The position numbers and the translations under genes are program-made. A DNA stretch of 64,000 nt from Anthoceros angustus (lineage: Eukaryota; Plantae; Anthocerotophyta). The notes below the pieces were generated by a model, which made no database searches, was not told the DNA's origin, and worked only from the letters and a program-made list of their open reading frames with translations. Position 1 is the stretch's first letter. Every line of letters starts with the position of its first letter. Location: positions 1 through 64,000 of the forward strand of contig MU008156.1 in the NCBI GenBank assembly GCA_010909165.1. Reading direction: 5' to 3'. Below are positions 35,300 through 47,949 of this stretch, one piece after another.

Positions 35300-37300
35300 C
35301 GATAACCGCAATCTCATGCTGGTCCTAAGGCCTCCCACCACAAATGTTCATCTGGGCAATATATGCACGCAAGCCGAGAGCCCTTCTTTAAGATGGGCCA
35401 CACCTCCGTTGCCTTTAAACCTGAAGTGAGCCTTTTGTCCCTAGATCGCAGTACAGGAGAGGTGATGCGTGATGTCATTAGACGGATGACGAACTTCAAG
35501 AACTCCAAGCCTCCTTCGCCTCCCATAGCGGAGATGTCGAATATTGCTTGCTCAATAACCGTGACTAGACCTCGCCTCCGCCTTGTCCTCCCGTGTTATC
35601 TTAAACTGTTGGAACGAAGGTTATTCGCCTGGACCGCACTGTGCATGTACCGACCATCTCCTCTTCGATGGGCCACACATATGACCAAGTCCGGACCTCG
35701 GTGAGAATTTTCACGCCGGAGTTGGTGTGTATGCTTTTCCGAGAATATCGAGCGCGTGCAATGTGTGCGCTTCCTTGTGTTTCGTGCTTTAAAACCGTGA
35801 AAACATCCGTCAACTGTCGTGTGTGCCCCACTAGCGTAAAGCCCACCTTCACCTTCCGAAATGTACCCATGTCTACTAACATATTCGATATGCAAAAGAA
35901 GTTGATTTTTGTTCTCTCGACAAGTATTGTCCAACCGCAAGTACAAGACTTTAGGCAATATCCTTCATAATTGTGCGAACATCTTGGATGATGCATATCG
36001 TAGATTTGCACCTCAAGGTTTTGCATAGTGCAAATATGCCGCTTTATATGTATAGTTATGAACCATGCACCACCACATGTACAGCGGCACTCCTCACTTA
36101 AATTCTTTGGCCACCGTAAAAATGTGGGATCTCCGCTTTCTTGGTCCATCCCATCAATAGCGAGTAACATGTACTTGTGGGGCTCAACGTAGCGTCCGGT
36201 GTTTGGCCATTTTGGCACGCTCACCGATAACCGCCGCGATGTGCCTCAAGCGCATGTTGATATTTCCGCACCAAACAATGTACGCTTTCTTTAGCATCTA
36301 CCGCCCATGGTGGTACAATCAACTCGAAGGGAGGGAGGAGAGGCCTCTCCTCCCTCTCCTCCCTCTCTCTCCAATATGTGCATGGGAGGAGGCGCCGGCC
36401 GGCCGCCTCCTCCCTAAACCATTCCTTGTACGCACAAGACACTGATGTCAAGATAGCCATAGTTGGGGAGAGGCGGCCGCCGCGCCGCTCCCAACTATGG
36501 CTATCTTGACATCACGCCACATAGCCAACGGTAAATAGGGAAGGGAATGGACTGGGAAGGGATGCCATACCTTGATCCACCTTTGAAAAGTGTTCAATGG
36601 TTGCCTTTAACCTCGCATCGCATCCGTAGAAAAACTGGACTTAGGTATCTCAAGTGCACCTTCCAGCCTTAGAAACCGTGCATATGTCATAGCCCTTGTT
36701 TGTGACCGCTCACATTGTCGCTTGTACCGGGCCCATAGCTCCAACCTGCGTACGTGTCCTAAGATTGTATACCGCTGGGGAGCCGCTCCGCCATGGACAT
36801 GAAAACGTCCATCCACGCAAGTGCATCCCGTGATGATCCGATGATGGATTTGGTCTCGGTTATCCCACGGCGAGTTGCGACCGCACCGCCACCTTCATAT
36901 CGCTTATGACCAACAAGGTGAAAAACTCCGCCTCAAATGTCTCTCAGAGGAACCTATACCGATGTTCTTGGAATTTTTCTTTTGTCAATTTCAACACACA
37001 TTTGATTGCATGGCTTCCGAAACTCTCCAGCGATTGCCACATCACTTCTTCGCAAAGGCAGGAAGCCCTCCTCCTCGCATGCATCTTCCACGCGATTTCA
37101 CCGCAATGAATCGCTCAAAGGTTTTGCTTGGAATGTAATAGCGGAGGGAATTCACCATCGTGTCCGCCTCGAAGACATCGCCGCCCTCATCTTCATGGTG
37201 CAATGCTTCGCCTCATGATCTCCGTCGGTAGAGGGAACAATCGCCTTAGTCGCGATTGGGTTCCGCCATATTGTCGTTGGGTCTCATATGGTCGTTTCCC
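35300..37300 (-). mobile_element. Sola-like (DUF7869-type) DDE transposase pseudogene
   Basis: KYMLLAIDGMDQ (~36150), PKVLYLRLDNTCRENKN (~35900-35958), KVKVGFTLVGHT (~35830), upstream AWMDVFMSMAERLP. An inferred intron spans ~36300-36570. Confidence 0.75.
36443..36514. other. Perfect 25-bp-arm inverted repeat (hairpin), with two further palindromes at 36331-36356 and 36384-36414
   Basis: tgatgtcaagatagccatagttggg ... cccaactatggctatcttgacatca, read directly. Confidence 0.9.
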
Positions 37301-39680
37301 ATATCTTCCACGGAAGGACTTCTCCTAATTGCCGACATAAGTTAAGGTTCCGTGGTGCGTACGACGGCGGATAGTTGGCGATACCACCGGCTTCAAAAGT
37401 GGAATTCCACCTCCACTCCTTTTACCTACATGCATGGTTCCACCACCACGTTGATGAGAAAAGTTGGGGAAAAAATATGCCAATGAAACCCAAACGCCTA
37501 ACCTTACCTCCAGGTGGGCGGTGCGATTCCACCAACATTGCCGCCGCTGGATGGGTTGTCCGGATCGCTGCCATGGAAGCCGCGCGCGCCCGATTGTGGT
37601 GGGCGCACGCCATCTCGCTTCTTCTCTCGCCAAACACCCAACCGTTAGCGTATGGATTGAATGGCACATGTGCATTTCAATGACACGGTAGCCTGCACCT
37701 CTTCGTCTCTCGTGTGTGCCGCGTAACATCATCAAGGGCTACAACTCGCTGGGGAATAGGCGCTATGGAGAACGCTCGCAGAATGGAACAATAGCGACCG
37801 CGTTGAAGAAAGCTACCGGAGGTCCCCAATGTCCGCCTTATAGAACAAAGATGTATGAGCACGTAATCGGGATTGTGTGCGGCGCCGCAATGTCGACAAG
37901 CAGCCCTTTCCGGCGGCGCCCACCGACATCGGTGTTTAATATCGCACATGGCAAAGGGAATCCTGATGTGGTTTACGATCCGATGCAAATACACCGGATA
38001 TCAATCGTGACAAATATACCTATGCCTTATATCACATATATCACCCTTATGCCTATAAAACCCGCAAGCCCTAATACGAAAAGAGAGCCAACTTAATCTC
38101 GACGGGCCCTTGAGTCAAATTCTTTCCACTTGTTCACTCGGAAGTTGCGCCCGCCTCCGATGTGTGTGCGCCTGTGATCGAGGTGTGTGTGCGCCTGATC
38201 GCAAGGAGGGCCGCTAATCCGCACTGCTCCCTTAACCCGCTACTCGCTCGCTTGCACACGGTGAGCGATCGCCTGAATCGCCGGAGATGGCATCCGGGAG
38301 GCGAGCAGAAGGAGAAGAATGCCTTTGAGCTCGAACAGGACCTCCCTTGCCCAAGCAAAGAGGGAAGTGCAAGCAAGGCGCCACAAGGCGAGTGCATCCC
38401 GCGGCAAGATGAGCAACCTGGGCACAAATCGGAGCGAATTCCACAGCAGGAGGGGCGAGTGGTGAGGGCTGACCACAACTCGAAAGGCAAGCACCACGCG
38501 AGGCGAGGTGGGGGTGATGAAGCCGAGAAGTGTGCGTAAACGCCCGATGCCGCCCGATTCAATCGCCTTCAACTACGAGGAGACTATGCATTTCGTGAGG
38601 TCGAAGTATGAGAGTATTCGCGTTGTTGAGAAGAATTGGATGATTTGCCGAAGAGGAACCGGAGGACGAGGATGCTTTGGACCTCCTGTTCAAGTTGTGG
38701 GTGGTGGGATACAAAGATGCTTTGCCTAATCGTGAGCCCGAGGGTGGGTGATTTGGGCAACATTGGACATGACCTGGCACCAAGCACAACTCCTTGTGGT
38801 GAGGAAGCCAAGACTTCACGACATTGCATCCAAACCCACAGTGCCTCTGATTGTTCCACGTGACATTTGCGGTTGATCTTTAAGAAATGTGCACCTTCAC
38901 GCTTGATCGAGTTATTCGAGGCGGCAAGAGACATCGGTGAGTGCATTTGGGTGGCATGTTCTTGCTCGCTAATTGTAATGTGCATCCGTGTGGCTTATCT
39001 TGTCCATCCATGTTGGTTTGAGCGGAGCAGATGGGCAAAAGTTTCATTGCTGTCTACTGAGCTCACACAAAGCGTTTTAGCACATAGGCGGGCTATGTCT
39101 ATTCGCAGCTCTCGGATAGCGAGGAAATGGAGGATGATGAGACATCGGTGGAAGCGAGCTTGGTCCATCGATGAAGGCAAGCGACGATCCCTGACATGTT
39201 AGGCCATTCTTGATGATGACGATGTGGATTGGATGGATGGGTGAAGAGGGAGATGCGAACCTGCTTATGGAATATGCCGTGGCCTCGGAAATTCCATGGA
39301 TGTGGCAACAGAGCCCCACGAGGTAGGTAGTCCGTGGCCGGCCGGCGCCTGTGCGGCCAGACTCGCCAGAGTTGCCGACGCCGACCCCAATCGGGTTCAT
39401 AGGGTTTGCAAGGAGGAGGGAGCCGAAGGCGCGCCGACCGCGCCCGGGCGAGGGGCCGGGAAGGCCGCTCGCCGCAAGGCACTGTGGAAGGGCCTGGCCC
39501 GCCGCCTTCAAGGTGTCAGAGGGGTTCCTCCTCCGCCTGTGCGTCGGGCAAATAGGGAGAGGCCATGCACGAGAGGAGGGCGCCGCCGCCGGCGCCATTC
39601 GAGGTGTCAGAGGGGTTCCACCTCGGCCCCTGGTCGGGCAAAATGTGGAGAGGCCACGTGAGGAGGAGAGGAGGGCGCCG

Positions 39681-42600
39681 TGTGGCAAAATCCGGGGCTT
39701 CAGATTCACCCTCTAGTGGCCACACTTATCCCCTTTGTCATTTAAATACGTTGGGTTTCGTCCCATGAGACTTGTGGAGCAGTCGGATCTTGAGAGGAAA
39801 TCGATCGCTACCTACAACTACACTACTCGGCCTTCTAAACAAGCAAGGCGCCCTCTCACGCTCCCTCTGCAGACACCGCCTGCCGCTAAATTCACCACGC
39901 CTCTACCCACCCACACCCCACGCCAGTCCACACCCTACGTGAGGTCGGCTACACACGGGGACCCCCTACGTTGCAGCGACTTCACCACCCGTGATCTTCC
40001 ACTATTCCTTTCCCATCGCCTTCCCACAATTGGCACACCCTCAACCACCAACTCGGCGGCCACGCCACTCCCGTGACCGCCCGCCGAATCACCACTCCTG
40101 GACCTACAACGACATCCCATTCAGAGGTCCCGCCCCACGGTAGGTCCACCGCTCACGCACATAGGGACCCCCACAACGGGCGACTTCTCCACCCGTGATT
40201 TTGAGACCTTAGCCCGGCTTCCGGTCTCGGTTTGGTGCATTTGGGACCCCCTCCCTTAGGCTCGACTTGGGCCTTCTTCTTACTCCTAATCTCTACCTAC
40301 CCTCTACTCAACATTCAGCTCCACATTCTCCTCAACACTCACCTCAACTCAACTCCTCATCCTCCTAATCTAACCTTACTTCAAGCTCACTGGCCCTAGC
40401 TCGCCTCACGGACAACCGCCTGGGTCCGCCTACAAGCCAACAAGTTCTTCCTTGGGCGGTTGCTATGAGTTTGCACGACGAGAACCTCCGAGTCTTTCCT
40501 GTAGTCTACCCTCAAGCCGAGAGTTCCTTGGGCATCGCCACACACCCAAAGCAAAGCAATTTCCGGCAACCATTCACAAGGAGCAACTGCAGAGGCGCCT
40601 GCGAGCGAGCCTCCGCCAAGCACTCCGACACCGCAAACTCCCTCTCTACCAGAGGCTACGTTAGCTTGCAAACTTCCTTCACAAGGAGCAAAGGACTCAT
40701 GAGTTTGGGAGCGCAAGACACGATAATTTTACTTCAAGCTCCCTCCTTTTATAGGGAGGTCCTCACATCCTCGGCGCGCCTCCTGCACCGCCTCACCCTT
40801 ATTTTAGTGTATCCTGGACTTTAAGTTCGACATCCAAGCATCTTGGGTAAAATTCTATTCTAGCAAATTCACCTATGTGAGCCTTAATGGCTCTGTCAAC
40901 ATTCCTATCTAGCTAGTCAACACACCCTCGGGTTGACAAGCATGTCTGTCCTCCCTAAAGAAAAGTCTCCCCAAGCAATGAGCCCACGCTCCAAGCTACC
41001 ACCAACCCTTCAATTACCTCTAGATGCCGTCGCACTGGTGATCCCTACGGATGTAGGGCCACCCTCTACACCTCCTACGGACGTAGGGTCACTTCTTATG
41101 GCCCTACCGCCTCCACGCTCTCCACTGCAAGAAGGTCTCCCGTGAGCGGATCTTGCTCCATGCCTTCCTCTTCCTCCTCCGAGTCATCCTCTACGGCCTT
41201 CCATATACCTGTCGGATGTGTTGGGCATCCGGCGATGGATGCATCCCACATTCTCGATTCCTCAAGTTCCTCTTCTCCACGGCTCCCTAACAAACTTGCC
41301 CTTCTTAGGTGCGCGCTTTCACCATCTTGTACCTTCAAAATAAGCGCACAAACAAGCTTGGGCACATTGCTTGTTTCCACCTAGTTGTCACCTCGGTGTC
41401 TACACACAATTGCGATTTCTTCACTTGCCACACAAAATCCACCAAGAGCAACTTCAGCCCTTTTCCACTTACTTCCTCTTCACTCCACATCCCACCTAGC
41501 TCAAACTTGATGTCCTCACATACAACTCCTTATGCCCAAATCCCTCACTTGCAAGGTCCTAGGCACAAAATTCAGCGCCTTGCCCTCTTCACGATTGTGC
41601 TTCAAATCCCTTCACACACAACTCCTTATTTTAGTGTATCCTCGTCTTTAAGTTCGACATCCAAGCATCTTGGGTAAAATTCTATTCTAGCAAATTCACC
41701 TATGTGAGCCTTAATGGCTCTGTCAACATTCCTATCTAGCTAGTCAACACACCCTCGGGTTGACAAGCATTACCTCCTCTAAAGAAAAGTCTCCCCAAGC
41801 AATGAGCCCCTCCAAGCTACCACCAACCCTCTTCAATTACCTCTAGATGTCGCGCAATCCCTACGGATGTAGGGCCACCCTCTACACCTCCCTACGGACG
41901 TAGGGTCACTTCTTATGGCCCTACCGCCTCCACTCTCCACGAAGGTCTCCCGTGGCGGATCTTGCTCCATGCCTTCCTCTTCCTCCTCAGTCATCCTCGG
42001 CCTTCCATACACACATCGGATGTGTTGGGCTGTCGGCACCACAGATCGGTCCTTGCATCCCTATTCTCGATTCCTCAAGTTCCTCTTCTCCTGGCTCCCT
42101 AGCAACCAACTTGCCCTTCTTAGGCGCAGCGCTTTCACCATCTTGCACCTTCAAAATAAGCGCACCAACAAGCTTGGGCACCCCACCTTGTTTCCACCTA
42201 GTTGTCACCTCGGTGTCTACACACAATTGCGATTTCTTCACTTGCCACAAAATCCACCAAGAGAGCAACTTGCCCTTTTCCACTTACTTCCTCTTCACTC
42301 CACGGTCCCACCTAGCTCAAACTTGATGTCCTCACATACAACTCCTTATGCAAATCCCTCACTTGCAAGGTCCTAGGCACAAAATTCAGCGCCTTGCCCT
42401 CTTCTGATTGTGCTTCAAATCCCTTCACACAACTCCTTATGCACGCACACCTCCTTCTCCTTGCACACACAGGCACCGCGTTCTCACCAAGTCCTTGCTC
42501 TAGCTTTCCTTTGCATTCCTTTGCATGCACAAGCTCTTCCGACCCTCGCAGGCTTCCTAGGTGCCACTCCCTACACACCCGCTTGCATGGCCACACCCTA

Positions 42601-45600
42601 CACTACCTACCCCACATATTTATGTTTTATTATTACTTCCTAGGTTTGTACTGCTTATAAATCTTGCTTCCCATCCATGTATTAGCACCCCATTTAGTGT
42701 TCTCCACTTGTAAGTTCCACCAGACCTCTCCACTCCTACGTGGGAGACCTCACCACTCCTACGGTGGGAGACCTCTCATCCTACCTATCTACCTACCTAA
42801 CTAATGCCCATAGGAGCCTGCACCCTACATCCTACCCATGTCCCCTACTTGTTCCCTACCTTGTTCCCTACCTTGTTCCTACCAGTACTTCATGGACCCG
42901 CCGTCCTACCCTACACCTCCCTACGGATGTAGGGCCACCCTCTACACCTCCCTACGGATGTAGGGCCACCCTCTACACCTCCTACGGTGGGAGACCTCTC
43001 CACTCCTACGGTGGGAGACCTCTCCACTCCCTACACCTCCCTCCCTCCCTCCCATCCTCACACCACCCCTACATCCTCACCCTCCACTACCACCCTCTAC
43101 ACCTCCCTCCCTACGGATGTAGGGCCACCCTCTACACCTCCCTACGGACGTAGGGTCACTTCTTATGGCCCTACCGCCTCCACTCACTGCAAGAAGGTCT
43201 CCCGTGGCGGATCTTGCTCCATGCCTTCCTCTTCCTCCTCCAGTCATCCTCTGCCTTCCATACACACAGCCGGATGTGTTGGGCATCCGGCGATGGATGC
43301 ATCCCACATTCTCGATTCCTCAAGTTCCTCTTCTCCACGGCTCCCTAACAAACTTGCCCTTCTTAGGTGCGCTTTCACCATCTTGTACCTTCAAAATAAG
43401 CGCACCAACAAGCTTGGGCACCCCCACCTTGTTTCCACCTAGTTGTCACCTCGGTGTCTACACACAATTGCGATTTCTTCACTTGCCACACAAAATCCAC
43501 CAAGAGCAACTTCAGCCCTTTTCCACTTACTTCCTCTTCACTCCACGGTCCCACCTAGCTCAAACTTGATGTCCTCACATACAACTCCTTATGCCCAAAT
43601 CCCTCACTTGCAAGGTCCTAGGCACAAAATTCAGCGCCTTGCCCTCTTCACGATTGTGCTTCAAATCCCTTCACACACAACTCCTTATGCACGCACACCT
43701 CCTTCTCCTTGCACACACATGGGCACCGCGTTCTCACCAAGTCCTTGTCCTAGCTTTCCTTTACATGCACAAGCTCTTCCGTGCAATTCCTCGCAGGCTT
43801 CCTAGGTGCCACTCCCTACACACCCCGCTTGCATGGCCACACCCTACACTACCTACCCCATATATTTATGTTTTATTATTACTTCCTAGGTTTGTACTGC
43901 TTGCAAATCTTGCTTCCCATCCATGTATTAGCACCCCATTTAGTGTTCTCCACTTGTAAGTTCCACCAGACCTCTCCACTCCTACGTGGGAGACCTCACC
44001 ACTCCTACGGTGGGAGACCTCTCATCCTACCTATCTACCTACCTAACTAATGCCCATAGGAGCCTGCACCCTACATCCTACCCATGTCCCCTACTTGTTC
44101 CCTACCTTGTTCCCTACCTTGTTCCTACCAGTACTTCATGGACCCGCCGTCCTACCCATATACCTCCTCTTGCAACCCTTGCATGGCCACACCCTACATC
44201 CTACCCATACCTATGGGGTAGGAGTTCTCTCCACTCCCTACACCTACCCTCCTACCAGTGGGACATTCTCCTACCCATGAGGGGAGACCTCTCCACTCCC
44301 TACACACCCTCCCTCCCTCCCATCCTCACACCACCCCTACATCCTCACCCTACACTACCTACCTACCTACCTACCCATACCTATGGGGTCACCCTCTACG
44401 TACCTACTACATACATACACATCTCCCTACACACCCTACACACCCTACACACCCTACACCTCCCTCCCTCCCATGAGGGACCCCTCCTCGTCCACTACAC
44501 CCTACACCTACCCTAGGGTCCATGTGCCCTCCACCTCACCCTACACACCCGCTTGCATGGCCACACCCTACACTACCTACCTAACTAATGCCCATAGGGA
44601 GCCCCTCCATTCTTGTAGGGCCACTATCACCCTACACCTACCCCTCAGGGCTCTCATGTGACCACGCAAATATAATAGTTGAAACACCTCACACACAGGC
44701 ACCCCATCTCCTCTCTGACCCATGACTCCCTGCTTACACCTTCGTACTCTCATGCATAAGTTGAAACACCTCACAGGCACCCCATCTCACTTGATCCACC
44801 CCTAACTTAACTCTGGAGTTCTTACTTCATTGTCCAACACACCAATTGGCTACACAACACTCCCAATAAAAAGTTCCCGGTGAACTCCTCACGCCTCAAC
44901 AACATCTCGTATCAACCCTCCTTGCTACCCATTTCTCCTCGCGGCCACCACAACGGCCTCCCTTCACTTTGACTTGCACCGCAAATTCCGCCGTCATGAT
45001 GCACACCCGTTGTGATCCCTTCACCATGTTCCCACCGCACACGCTTCCTATGGTTTGGCCACACCTCCATCTTGCAGCCCATCTACAAATTCAGCTGCCG
45101 TGAGTGCTCTACCACGGCCTTTCCTAGTTCAACACACGCCATCCTCACATCGTGACTCCATTGAGAGCACTTCCATGTGCCTCGGCACCGCCATGGCCTC
45201 CTCTTGCAACCCTTGTGGCTGCTCACCTCAACATGAGCTCCTCGCTCCCATCCTTGCACCAATTCTGCTCCTCTCTCATCCGAGCTCCCAACCTAGAGCC
45301 CGCAGCATCCTCTGACATTCCACCATTACGGGCACTTGGCCCATCTTCCTGCAGCAACCCTTGCCACACATCTCTACCTAGCAGTCCTCCTTCGCAAAAT
45401 CTCAGCAATGAGCACGCCCATGTCTCACTTCTTCCACACATGTGGCAAATTACTTTGCCTTCCCTCAAACTTGGTGGTGGTCCCCAATAATCAGGCCTTT
45501 GCCTCTGCAAGCCTATCAGCATGCTTGTGCGCAACCTCAAGCTACTTCCTTGGCTTAATTGCCTTCACCCTTTCCTACCGTGGTAGGAGCTACCCCACGT

Positions 45601-45953
45601 GGGTCATCAAACGCTAGCTAGGCCCACCACGGTGGGACATTCTCCTACCCATACCTATGGGGTAGGAGTTCTCTCCACTTAGCCTACCGTGGTAGGAGTT
45701 TCTCCTCGGTGGTAGGATACCTCCTACCAGTGGGACATCTCCTCGTTCACATATGTCTCCTACCCTCCTCACTAGAAGGTCATTTTGATCCGTTTCTTTT
45801 CCCTAAGTATCCTCTCTGCCTTCCCGGCATCCTCTGACTCCGGCTTCAATCGAACAAAACATTTCGCATGTTTCCACCAAACCATTTCTATCAAAAATTG
45901 GACTGTTCAAAAACAACTCACTTAAACCGTTGCCCAAACTTTTGCATTCCACA
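39681..45953 (-). repeat. 3' LTR (~6.3 kb, inflated by internal duplications)
   Basis: Colinear with 53879-58241. An ~810-bp block is repeated at ~40820, ~41630 and partly ~43100. Confidence 0.8.
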
Positions 45954-47715
45954 TACTCCCCTCCTCACTGTTTGCGTCCTCAACAACAGACCTCAGTGAA
46001 GGTACTTCTTAACCTTCCACCCATTCACTCTAGTTGGCAAAAATCCCCATCCGGCTGCGTGTTTGCGGATCCATTCTCATACGCCACCACGATCGGTCCT
46101 AAGCTTCCCGGAAATCCATGTAACGAATCATATAGAAGAACCAAATCCCGCCATGATAGCCTCTTGCTTCCTTAATTCCCATCATGCCTCTCCTTTCTAA
46201 GCTCCCGATTATGGTTTCTTCTAAAGCCTCTTCCCTACGTTCCTCATGCTCTATGAAAGACTCTAGTCTAACTTCGACTCTCCTCTGCGGTTATCGCTCA
46301 TCCTCCATGATTCTATAGGTAGGTACCTCAAATTCAATGGGCATTCGTTAAATAATATGGAGTCTTCTTGGTAGTCACTTTCTCCGCTTTCTTTTCCCAC
46401 AATGCTACCATCTAAGATCTTCTTCACCATGATTTACAATAATGGCCTCCAACCTCTTACGCATGCAAAGCTTCTTTAAGAAGAAGCTTCCTTCCTTCAA
46501 ACAACGTCGGATCTTCTCATCCAAACCAAGCTTGTATAAGACCCCATCTCTTAGACAATAAGGCACTCTAGGGAGAAAGACACGCCCTTCCCTAGACAAA
46601 CTATCAGCATGCTTGTGCGCAACCTCAAGCTACTTCCTTGGCTTAATTGCCTTCACCCTTTTCCACCGTGGTAGGAGCTACTCCGGGTGGGTCATCAAGC
46701 TAGCTGGGCCGCTTACCTACGGTGGTGGGACATTCTCCTACCCATACCTATGGGGTAGGAGTTCTCTCCACTTAGCCTACCGTGGTAGGAGTTTCTCCTC
46801 GGTGGTAGGATACCTCCTACCAGTGGGACATCTCCTCGTTCACATATGTCTCCTACCCTCCTCACTAGAAGGTCATTTTGATCCGTTTCTTTTCCCTAAG
46901 TATCCTCTCTGCCTTCCCGGCGGCATCCTCTGACTCCGGCTTCAACAAAACATTTCGCATGTTTCCACCAAACCATTTCTATCAAAAATTGGACTGTTCA
47001 AAAACAACTCACTTAAACCGTTGCCCAAACTTTTGCATTCCACATACTCCCCTCCTCACTGTTTGCGTCCTGCAACAGAATCTCGGTGAAGGTACTTCTT
47101 AACCTTCCACCCATTCACTCTAGTTGGCAAATCCCCATCCGGCACTCGTGTTTGCGGATCCATTCTCATACACGCCACCACGGTCCCATGTCCTAAGCTT
47201 CCACAGGAAATCCATGTAGCGACCATCATATAGAAGAACCAAATCCCCATGATAGCCTCTTGCTTCCTTAATTCCCATCATGCCTCTCCTTTCTAAGCTC
47301 CTGAATTCGCTGGGTTTCTTCTAAAGCCTCTTCCCTACGTTCCTCATGCTCTATGAAAGACTCTAGTCTAACTTCCTGACTCTCCTCTGCAGTTATACGC
47401 TCATCCCCCATGATTCTATAGGTAGGTACCTCAAATTCAATGGGCATCATTCGTTAAATAATATGGAGTCTTCTTGGTAGTCACTTTCTCCGCTGTTCTG
47501 TAAGCCCACAATGCCTGCATCTAAGATCTTCTTCACCATGATTTACTGAATAATGGCCTCCAACCTCTTACGCATGCAAAGCTTCTTTAAGAAGAAGCTT
47601 CCTTCCCTTCAAACAACGTCGGATCTTCTCATCCAAACCAAGCTTGTATAAGACCCCATCTCTTAGACAATAAGGCGCTCTAGGGAGAAAGACACGCCCT
47701 TCCCTAGACAAACTA
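45520..47715. repeat. About 1.1-kb tandem duplication spanning LTR end, PPT and integrase C-terminus
   Basis: 45520-46600 is repeated at 46600-47715, with junction microhomology ctatc(c)agcatg. Protein words RDGVLYKLGLDEKIRRCL and MPIEFEVPTYRI occur twice. Confidence 0.85.
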
Positions 47716-47949
47716 TCCAGCATGATTCCGTGCTCCAAGAAATTTCATACCTCACCATTCAATAACGTGGACATGGGAGTCCTTCACGTTCTAACCTCCT
47801 CTTCCCATGCACTTTTCGCCACTTCCTGCTACCTCGCCCACCACGGACAGGGCGTGGGCACCATGTACATTATGACCCGTGGGCGCGCTCCTTGCATCGA
47901 CGGCTGCGGTATCACGCTCGGTCGTCAACTTGCTCTTCTTGCAGCGGTG

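Noticed and set aside
39706-39722. TGGCCACTAGAGGG as a PBS
   Set aside because: It occurs inside both LTR copies. The TGTGG ends and the PBS-like sequence at 53862-53878 explain the boundaries better.
42700-44700. Long Pro/Thr/His-rich ORFs
   Set aside because: Shadow ORFs of C-rich low-complexity LTR repeats, present in several overlapping frames.
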